Virus record (IMG/VR): IMGVR_UViG_2562617039_000002
Location: 1,278 to 65,277 of that record
Reading direction: 5' to 3' (one strand)
DNA from: a virus
Taxonomy: Duplodnaviria > Caudoviricetes
DNA length: 64,000 nt
Made by a program: the position numbers and the translations under genes. This document shows positions 56,128 through 62,676 of this stretch, piece by piece (positions within the stretch are counted from its first letter, which is position 1; the number at the start of each line of letters is the position of its first letter). The notes under the pieces were generated by a model. That model was not told the origin of the DNA and ran no database searches. It saw only the letters and a list, made by a program, of their open reading frames with translations.

Positions 56128-56267
56128 GTCGTCTCCTCGTGTTCAGTAGGTGTGGTGGGTAACGGCGATCGCGGCGATGACAGCCGAAAGTATGAGCCAG
56201 CCGACAAGCCACGCCGGAGGGCTTGTGAGGGCTGCTGCGCAGTTGTCGCGTGGAGGTCTGCTGGACA

Positions 56268-56393
56268 TTAGTGCGCACCCCACAGATAAAGCAGCCCATA
56301 GAACGGCAGCAGCAGGTTCCAGAACAGGAACGCTGCAATTGTCGTGGCGATTGCCAGCGCGAACGCTGCAAGCGCCAAGGATTGCCCGATCAT
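56268..56393 (-). CDS. Small membrane peptide
   Basis: 41 aa hydrophobic, ATGA-coupled. Confidence 0.55.
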   Translation of the reverse strand: MIGQSLALAAFALAIATTIAAFLFWNLLLPFYGLLYLWGAH

Positions 56394-56566
56394 GCCAGCA
56401 CCCATGCGTAGAAGCCGACCGTCAAGGCGAGTGCAGCAACAACTGCCAAGCCCCATAGAAAGCGGTCACCAAGGCCGAGCGTGGTTTCCGGCTCGTAGAA
56501 CGTGTCTCCGTCGGCGTAGTCTTTGGGCGCATAGTTGCGCGTGTGGCTGTACGTGGTGGAGGTCAT
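56390..56566 (-). CDS. Small protein with C-terminal TM (58 aa, not in ORF track)
   Basis: MTSTTYSHTRNY...; GAGGGGAG RBS. Confidence 0.6.
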   Translation of the reverse strand: MTSTTYSHTRNYAPKDYADGDTFYEPETTLGLGDRFLWGLAVVAALALTVGFYAWVLA

Positions 56567-56868
56567 CACGCTACTCCCCTCGTCTTGGTGTTTTTCGTAA
56601 GCTTCACCTTCTTGGTGAAATCGACCGGAATGACGTTGTCCTCTTCGGGCTTGTCAGCCTCGACACCGCCGCCGTCCTCTTCAAAATCTGGCTCGACTTC
56701 GAAGCGCGAGACCTCAAGTTGCACAAGGCCCGTGCCGGGAATCATGAAACGCACAGTCAGCCAGCGAAAGCTGTCGCGCTCCTCGACGATGATGCCCTTC
56801 CACTTCCAAAGCCGGTGGACGACGATTTCGCCGGGCAAATCCCAGCATTCACCGCATTCGCAGGTCAT
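56566..56868 (-). CDS. Hypothetical protein
   Basis: ATGA-coupled; CECGEC start. Confidence 0.7.
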   Translation of the reverse strand: MTCECGECWDLPGEIVVHRLWKWKGIIVEERDSFRWLTVRFMIPGTGLVQLEVSRFEVEPDFEEDGGGVEADKPEEDNVIPVDFTKKVKLTKNTKTRGVA

Positions 56869-57035
56869 GCGGCACCTCTTTTCGGTGCGCGGTGGTAGGT
56901 GACTGGCGCGCTGGAAACGTAGCGCCCGTCAATAAGGCGAGCCGAAGCACGCGCCTCTGCTTTTTGCGCGGTCGTCCGGTAAGGCTTGCGGTTTGTCATG
57001 TCCCGCTCGCCAGTTCGCGTGTATTTTGTTTTCAA
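56865..57035 (-). CDS. Small basic protein (56 aa, TTG start)
   Basis: GAGGAGG RBS; ends RGAA. Confidence 0.5.
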   Translation of the reverse strand: MKTKYTRTGERDMTNRKPYRTTAQKAEARASARLIDGRYVSSAPVTYHRAPKRGAA

Positions 57036-57102
57036 GATTGCCTCCTCATAGGGAGGTTAGTCGTCGGCCCCGTCATCCTCGCGGTCGGCCTGCCTCAAAG
57101 GG

Positions 57103-57387
57103 CTAGTGGACCGTGCCCGTAAATGGACCGTCCAAAATGGTTATGCGGGGCAACGAGACATAAATGTCCATGCATCCTCCCGAATATCCGCCGTTGTAGG
57201 TTGTGCGGCGCACAACGGTGCTTGGGGTAGGCTCTGGCGCCGATAGCGTGGGCGATCTTTCCGAAAGCAGCGACCAGGCGTGGCCTCTGGTAATGCCCAT
57301 CAATTCCGCAATCTTCCCGAACGACGCGCCATTTTTACGGTGCGCGGCGGCAGTTGCCTGCAGTTCGTGCCTTGATGAATGCTGCAT
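57103..57387 (-). CDS. Small HTH protein
   Basis: GASFGKIAELMGITRGHAWSLL; CACACGAGGAG RBS. Confidence 0.7.
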   Translation of the reverse strand: MQHSSRHELQATAAAHRKNGASFGKIAELMGITRGHAWSLLSERSPTLSAPEPTPSTVVRRTTYNGGYSGGCMDIYVSLPRITILDGPFTGTVH

Positions 57388-57413
57388 GTCTCCTCGTGTG
57401 TGGTTGGTGACTG

Positions 57414-57442
57414 TTGACAAGTGCCGTGTCTAACGGCATCTG
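57414..57442 (+). promoter_or_regulatory. Antisense sigma70-type promoter
   Basis: TTGACA-N17-CATCTG (weak -10). Confidence 0.55.
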
Positions 57443-57446
57443 TCTG

Positions 57447-57572
57447 GTCGCGCGGGGTGGTACCTGCGAAGGAAATCGCGGCGTAGAAGCGGCTTCGGCC
57501 CTCCTCGTGTTAACCGCGACGTACGGGCAGGCTGGGGTAACGGGTGGTGCCGACCCATAACAGCCTGCTTTT
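57447..57572 (+). ncRNA. Candidate antisense sRNA with CUCCUCGUGUU seed
   Basis: Closing stem GTCGCG/CGCGAC, GGC-UUCG-GCC hairpin, seed 57501-57511, terminator GCAGGCTG...CAGCCTGC-TTTT. Confidence 0.6.
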
Positions 57573-58422
57573 AATTGGCCGTCTTATACTGCGACCAGAT
57601 AATCGCGGCGAATTTCTGCCGATCAGTTTCGTCTAGCGCGGCCCATGCATCCCAGAACGCTTGACGCTTTCTGTCTTTGTTTGATGCCACTGCTTTTGCG
57701 GCGCCCTCGGCAATAATCTCAAGTGCCTTATCGGCGGTTATTGGCTTGGGCTCCGGCGCTGGGCGTGCGCTGACCTTTTCGCCCCGCTCTGCTCGGCTGA
57801 TAAGGTTTTCGCGTTCTTCGTCAGGCAGGCCAATGAGCGCATCCATTTCGACGCCCTTGTCTAGGCTAGTGCCGACGATCCGGTTGATGTCGGAGCCGAG
57901 TACCCTTCCTCTCGCCGCGGCCATCCTGATCGCACGGTCAGTTTTGCCAGAGGCCGAGGCTGTTTCTTGGACGAATGATGCCTTATCCGTGTGGAAAAAT
58001 TTGCCAGACGGTGATTGATTCCCACCGTGTTTTGTCTCCGGGTGAATCTTCTCATAAATAGCCTTCCGCCGAGCAATGTGCGATGCCTCTTCGGCTGGCG
58101 ACAGTTCCGAACGGGCCAGATTCTCGTCGATTTCCATGAGCTCAGCATGAAGATCGTCAACGTCATGAACGACGCATTCTACATATTCCTCGCCGTTCAA
58201 TTTAAGTGCCGCCAAGCGGTGGCGGCCATAAATCAAAACCGCCACCCCATCGCATAACTCTCCGTCATCCATGACGATTTCGTCACGGATGCAGACCGCC
58301 GGCGGGTTCATTAGTCCGACTTCGGCAATGCTCTTCGCAATCTCTGCAACTTTGGCGCCATCGGCATTACGATGGCGATTGCCGATAAAAATGTCATCAA
58401 TGAACAGCCGCCGACGTTCCAT
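57571..58422 (-). CDS. ParB/Sulfiredoxin N-terminal domain protein
   Basis: IA.SI..VGLMNPP.V, YGRHRLAA, EIDENL.R.ELSPAE. Confidence 0.88.
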   Translation of the reverse strand: MERRRLFIDDIFIGNRHRNADGAKVAEIAKSIAEVGLMNPPAVCIRDEIVMDDGELCDGVAVLIYGRHRLAALKLNGEEYVECVVHDVDDLHAELMEIDENLARSELSPAEEASHIARRKAIYEKIHPETKHGGNQSPSGKFFHTDKASFVQETASASGKTDRAIRMAAARGRVLGSDINRIVGTSLDKGVEMDALIGLPDEERENLISRAERGEKVSARPAPEPKPITADKALEIIAEGAAKAVASNKDRKRQAFWDAWAALDETDRQKFAAIIWSQYKTAN

Positions 58423-58424
58423 AG

Positions 58425-59528
58425 TTAGATCACCTCCGGCAAAGATGCAGGGGAAGTAGCAACGGCGAGCGACCGCCCAGCGCGCCAGATCAGGAAGTGA
58501 TGAACAATTCCGCGAACCCACTGCTGGCGCGTCCACTTGACTGTCTTTTCGCGCAAAGCCTCGCGAAGCGTATAAATTGGGTTACGACGCTTTAGCATCT
58601 CACCAGTGCGGAAGGCGGTGAAGAAATGACGGATATCATCTTCATTAGAGCCCAAGGAAAGAAGGTGGAGCGCGGCGACACCTGGTGCAGCAGACCCAAG
58701 TCCCTTCTGTGGATTTCCGATAAGGGAATTGGCAAGAACGATGTGCTCTTGGTTCTCGAAATAATAGTCCTGCGCTTCTGCAGGTGTAGCCGCGCGACCA
58801 TTGTACATCTCGAACGCAAGGTTTGAGATAGCTGACATATGCACAGCGTTAGGAATGCTTGCGATATTCAACCGATCAACGCCGGTGCGCTTGCGACCGA
58901 TATTAACGGTGCGCATCGATTCCTTGGTGACGCCGTACGAGACGACCGATTCAATTGGCTGGCCAGTCAGCAAGACGCCGAAAGTGCGATGCTGACCATC
59001 GTTCACCGTGCCGTCCTGACATACAACGATTGACTCGCCGTTTAGATCAAAGCGATGGGTTGCGATATCTCGCATAATAGCGGCAAGGTTGGCGGCATTA
59101 ACGCGGCGGTTGCCGATGTTGTGCATGAGTAGGATCTGTGCTCGTTCTGGCGAAATGATATGCACATTGGCGCGAGCATCGCCATCGCGAACAAGGCGCT
59201 GATGCCATTCCGATGCCTTGGTGAATTCTGGCGATTTGCCATAGATGAAGAAACCAGTTACCTGCCCCACGTTGATCAGGCGAGCAGCAAGGCGGGCAGC
59301 GTCTTCAAACTTTCCTTCACGTACCAGGCGGAACACCTTGTCGTGTTCGGTTTCTTCAACCGCAACGAGACGTGTTGCAGCTACCTTAGCCGCATCTTCA
59401 AGAATACGCGGTTTGGCAACCGCTGCAGGTTTATGAAACAGCGCTTCCGCACGAGCCCGTTCTGGCGTGTATCTCTTGCTGCGGGTCGTTACAGGGATTT
59501 CTCGGCCTCTGGCCTGTACAATCTGCAT
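58425..59528 (-). CDS. ParB-like DGQHR-motif protein
   Basis: ISPERA..LL..N..NR, NGESI...DG...DGQHR. Confidence 0.75.
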   Translation of the reverse strand: MQIVQARGREIPVTTRSKRYTPERARAEALFHKPAAVAKPRILEDAAKVAATRLVAVEETEHDKVFRLVREGKFEDAARLAARLINVGQVTGFFIYGKSPEFTKASEWHQRLVRDGDARANVHIISPERAQILLMHNIGNRRVNAANLAAIMRDIATHRFDLNGESIVVCQDGTVNDGQHRTFGVLLTGQPIESVVSYGVTKESMRTVNIGRKRTGVDRLNIASIPNAVHMSAISNLAFEMYNGRAATPAEAQDYYFENQEHIVLANSLIGNPQKGLGSAAPGVAALHLLSLGSNEDDIRHFFTAFRTGEMLKRRNPIYTLREALREKTVKWTRQQWVRGIVHHFLIWRAGRSLAVATSPASLPEVI

Positions 59529-59697
59529 GTCATTCTCCTCATGGTTGTGTTTCAATTTTCAGCATGCTTATGTGTAGACGTCGGTGGGGAGCAAATAGCC
59601 ACTCTGCAGCTTCGGCTGTTCTCATGTAGGGCAAGCGGCGCGTTACTGCGTTCGCTGAGAGGCGGCTTTAACCGTCAGAGCGTGGAGGTATTGGCTT

Positions 59698-59814
59698 ATG
59701 CTGAAACCTAAGTTGGTCGCAGTTCGTGCTTATGTGCGTCTGCGATTTGGCCGTCTTGAGCATGTGTGTGCTCATTGGCGGTCGTGGCCGGGACAACTGG
59801 CCTTCGATTTCTAG
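59698..59814 (+). CDS. 38-aa peptide ending in clamp-binding-like QLAFDF (not in ORF track)
   Basis: MLKPKLVAVRAYVRLRFGRLEHVCAHWRSWPGQLAFDF; GGAGGT RBS. Confidence 0.7.
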   Translation: MLKPKLVAVRAYVRLRFGRLEHVCAHWRSWPGQLAFDF

Positions 59815-59911
59815 GCTGGCATTACAAACCAGCTCAATCCCCACCGACGCCTGCTAATAAGCATGCGTCGCGCGCCACTAGCCATCTCAGGCTAGCAGCG
59901 TCCCTATTGTC

Positions 59912-59959
59912 CTACGGCGGTCGGTTGTCATTGTCTGCGGGTCTGGGGGCCATCTTCAT
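59912..59959 (-). CDS. 15-aa leader peptide MKMAPRPADNDNRPP
   Basis: First ORF with a well-spaced RBS after PL; full AACACGAGGAG motif. Confidence 0.5.
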   Translation of the reverse strand: MKMAPRPADNDNRPP

Positions 59960-60091
59960 CTCCTCGTGTTTTCTGGTCGGTCAGCCTTGGGTTGGTACTA
60001 TCTGTCCGGTCGCGGAAGCTCCGGCTTCTCTTTGTGCAACTCATTCTCCTTTTCTGTGCTCCGGTCTTCTTTGGGCCGGTTGATGACAAAG

Positions 60092-60143
60092 GTTATATAC
60101 GCGATTCGTATTTTCGTCAACTCCTTACATACGTTTTTCGTAT
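60092..60143 (-). promoter_or_regulatory. Leftward lytic promoter with two operators (OL-like)
   Basis: TTGACG-N17-TATAAC (60120-60092); ATACG-N5-CGTAT at 60097-60111 and 60129-60143. Confidence 0.88.
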
Positions 60144-60159
60144 TTCCTACTGTGATTAC

Positions 60160-60186
60160 AAAAAAAGGCCGCTATAGCGACCCTTT
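60160..60186 (-). terminator. Terminator of cI
   Basis: AGGGTCGC-TATA-GCGGCCTT-TTTTT on the minus strand. Confidence 0.8.
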
Positions 60187-60206
60187 ACTACTATCCGATT
60201 AGCGTA

Positions 60207-60794
60207 TTAAAGCTGGCGCCAGAATTCCCGCGAAATGCGTATCACCAGCTTGCGAGCCCAAACGATCCGGACATCTTCTATGTCTGGTGCATTCGTACTA
60301 GATAACGTGAATAGCCCAGGCTCCGATCCGCGGCGGATCGTTTTGATTAGCATCCTGTCGTCCTCAAGGCGAACCATGCACGTCTGGCCAAGCGCATCGT
60401 CCGCCGTCAACTCCTTGCCCGAATAGGCAACTAGGTCGCCATCCTCGAATATCGGATACATGCTGTCGCCCCGTACGATAGCGCCGACCGTACCCTGCGG
60501 CAGCGCCGCCGCTACCGAAACCTCATATAACGGATCACCATCATCGATTGGATATACAGCCGCACCCGCCCCGACATAGCCTAGCACTGGAATCACAGAT
60601 TTGCGATCCGGCATAGGCAGCCCGCTCAATCGGCTCATGACGACCATTTCATGAGCTTTAAGCTGACGCTTGCCTTTGAGTATTTCGCTAATGGTAGGCT
60701 GACGACCGAGACCGAGCTCTTTCGCTACTTGCTCTTGGGTGAGCCCGCTGGCTTCTAAGGCCTCCGCAAACCACTTGATTACTTCGCTATCCAT
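60207..60794 (-). CDS. CI-like repressor (XRE HTH plus S24 peptidase), probably leaderless
   Basis: GLTQEQVAKELGLG.QPTISEI..GKR; VRGDSMYP Ser and LIKT Lys. Confidence 0.92.
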   Translation of the reverse strand: MDSEVIKWFAEALEASGLTQEQVAKELGLGRQPTISEILKGKRQLKAHEMVVMSRLSGLPMPDRKSVIPVLGYVGAGAAVYPIDDGDPLYEVSVAAALPQGTVGAIVRGDSMYPIFEDGDLVAYSGKELTADDALGQTCMVRLEDDRMLIKTIRRGSEPGLFTLSSTNAPDIEDVRIVWARKLVIRISREFWRQL

Positions 60795-60800
60795 AAAAGC

Positions 60801-60880
60801 GTTATCGCATAATCGTATATTTATGTCATATACGCTTTTCGTATTTCCGGCTTGACCTTTTAATACGTTTATCGTATACA
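60801..60880. promoter_or_regulatory. Divergent PRM/PR region with operators (OR-like)
   Basis: PR TTGACC-N17-TATACA (60852-60880); PRM ATGACA-N17-GATAAC on minus; ATACG-N5-CGTAT at 60830-60844 and 60863-60877, degenerate copy 60804-60818. Confidence 0.85.
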
Positions 60881-60954
60881 ACTCCCCAACAGCACGAAGA
60901 AGCGACCGACGCCGATCTGCTGACCACCCACCAAAACACGAGGAGACTGCAATT

Positions 60955-61218
60955 ATGGAACCCACCAAGAGAAGAAGAAGCCCCAAGCCTCGCCCGAATG
61001 AAATCATCGGCGGCGGATTCTTTGTATTCCGCCGCGGTAAGAAGACTGGCCGGGTTGGAGTCTTCACCACCATGCCATACGAACACGGCTCGTTTGAGCA
61101 AGCTTTGGCCGAGGCGACGCGCCTCGCTGCCCTGTGCCCTGGCGAGACGTTCGAAGTTTTCCAGACGAGCGGCGCCGTAGCTTGCTGCACGCCGGTAGTG
61201 CTGGCGGAGGCTGCTTAA
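60955..61218 (+). CDS. Hypothetical early protein
   Basis: AACACGAGGAG RBS; no HTH. Confidence 0.8.
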   Translation: MEPTKRRRSPKPRPNEIIGGGFFVFRRGKKTGRVGVFTTMPYEHGSFEQALAEATRLAALCPGETFEVFQTSGAVACCTPVVLAEAA

Positions 61219-61219
61219 A

Positions 61220-61564
61220 ATGGAGCGGAACCCCACCACCGAGCTCGAAGCCGCGCCTCTCCCACGCGGACAGAAAAACATCGTCGACGCGCTGGCAGCG
61301 ATTTATCCGCGCCGCATTTACATCAACGACCTCGTCGACAACGTCTATGCTTTCGATCCGAACGGCGGTCCTGATGGCGCCCAAAACGTTGTGCGAGTGC
61401 AAATCAGTCGCCTCCGCAAGCTCCTGCCCTCGTTTGGCTGGACCATCCCGATGAACCATCGGGGCGCGGGCAATCACGGGTTTTATCGCCTCGAGCCAGT
61501 AGCCGCGAACGACAACGTACCGGCGGCGGAGCGGGCCGCAACAAACCGGAGGGCAGCAGCATGA
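61220..61564 (+). CDS. Stand-alone OmpR/PhoB-type winged-helix protein
   Basis: L...VY...P......NVVRVQISRLRKLL...GW.I......Y.L. Confidence 0.75.
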   Translation: MERNPTTELEAAPLPRGQKNIVDALAAIYPRRIYINDLVDNVYAFDPNGGPDGAQNVVRVQISRLRKLLPSFGWTIPMNHRGAGNHGFYRLEPVAANDNVPAAERAATNRRAAA

Positions 61565-61788
61565 ACCGCGCGCTCCTGGAAATGCTTGCCGACGACGAGT
61601 TCGAAACGGAAACCGACACACCAAAGGCCGGTAATGTCGAGCCTATGCGCCGCCCTGACTACAAGGCGAGGAAACATGGTCGCCCACAGCCGTGGCTGCG
61701 CTATGCGGCACGCGAAGCGGTCGAGATGACCGTCGTTGTAGCGTTTTGCATTGCTGTGTGCGGCGTTGGGTTGGGGTTATCCGCATGA
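61561..61788 (+). CDS. Small protein with C-terminal TM
   Basis: ATGA-coupled. Confidence 0.65.
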   Translation: MNRALLEMLADDEFETETDTPKAGNVEPMRRPDYKARKHGRPQPWLRYAAREAVEMTVVVAFCIAVCGVGLGLSA

Positions 61789-61896
61789 GGCACGAAAGAT
61801 AGCGACGGGGCGCTAAAGCCCCCGAACCTCCAAGAACAACGGCCTTTGCGCAATTGGCGCCACGGCTTTTTGCCCCCACCAACACGAGGAGACCCC

Positions 61897-62157
61897 ATGT
61901 CCAGATCCATCACGCACGCCGTTATGGCACCCATCCTGACCGCCGCCGAATTTCAGCAACAAGGCACGACCGCCGCGCAGGTCTTATCGATTTCGAAGGC
62001 AGTGCGCGCTCTTGGTTATCACTCCGAGGCTGAGACGCTGCGCGACACCGCTTTCGAACTGGCGCGCATTACCGGCGTTCGGTTCCGCTACGGCGCTGCG
62101 CGCCAGCGTCGCAGCCCGGCCAACGACAATCGCCGCCGGATGCGGAGGGCGGTGTGA
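61897..62157 (+). CDS. Hypothetical protein
   Basis: AACACGAGGAG RBS before ATG 61897. Confidence 0.75.
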   Translation: MSRSITHAVMAPILTAAEFQQQGTTAAQVLSISKAVRALGYHSEAETLRDTAFELARITGVRFRYGAARQRRSPANDNRRRMRRAV

Positions 62158-62263
62158 TGGTGGTGGGTGAACACGCCGTGAAGGCGGCGCAGAAAGCGTA
62201 TAGAGAATGCGATGGTGTTAGCACGGAAAGCCACCGCGCCGCACTGCGGGAAAGGGAGTGAGG

Positions 62264-62485
62264 ATGTCAGCGCGAGACTACAAGCGGGTATTTATCGTCA
62301 TCGCGGCGCTCGTAGCCATATACCTCGCCTACCAGCAGATTCCGCACATTCACATCGGAGAGCGTGCGCAAGGCAGCTACGAGGGCGGCACCGCATCTGA
62401 CGAGGATGTTTCGAAATCGGTTCGAGAGGCGCAGGAAGCCGCGGATAAGGCAAGCCGTGCCGGCCCGGCAGAAAGCAGCAAGTAA
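62264..62485 (+). CDS. Small membrane-anchored protein
   Basis: N-terminal TM; GGGAG RBS. Confidence 0.65.
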   Translation: MSARDYKRVFIVIAALVAIYLAYQQIPHIHIGERAQGSYEGGTASDEDVSKSVREAQEAADKASRAGPAESSK

Positions 62486-62676
62486 TGGCGTCATACACCT
62501 TTGCTGACACCGAACGATGGTTGGACGCCATAGCCGGTGTCATTGCCTGCTTTCCGGAAACAGAACAGAATCTCCTGCCACTTTATGAGCGCGTGGAACG
62601 AATGCAGCGCAGTCTGACTGCAAACGATAATATTCGCGATCGTATTAAATCACGGCTACGTCGAACGGCAGCGTGA
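62485..62676 (+). CDS. Hypothetical protein convergent with integrase (excisionase position)
   Basis: TAATG coupling; overlaps the integrase 3' end; no Xis motif recognised. Confidence 0.65.
   Translation: MASYTFADTERWLDAIAGVIACFPETEQNLLPLYERVERMQRSLTANDNIRDRIKSRLRRTAA

Noticed and set aside
59928-60044. 38-aa ORF MSCTKRSRS... in the PL leader
   Set aside because: AGGAG is only 1 nt from the ATG, too close for efficient initiation
60795-61190. 132-codon N-terminal extension of cI, and similar extensions of TerL, portal, TMP, endolysin and phosphoesterase in the ORF track
   Set aside because: Extensions run through operators or neighbouring genes; internal starts fit RBS and family N-termini better
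62485-62676. Excisionase call
   Set aside because: Position fits but no HTH/Xis motif is recognisable; left as hypothetical
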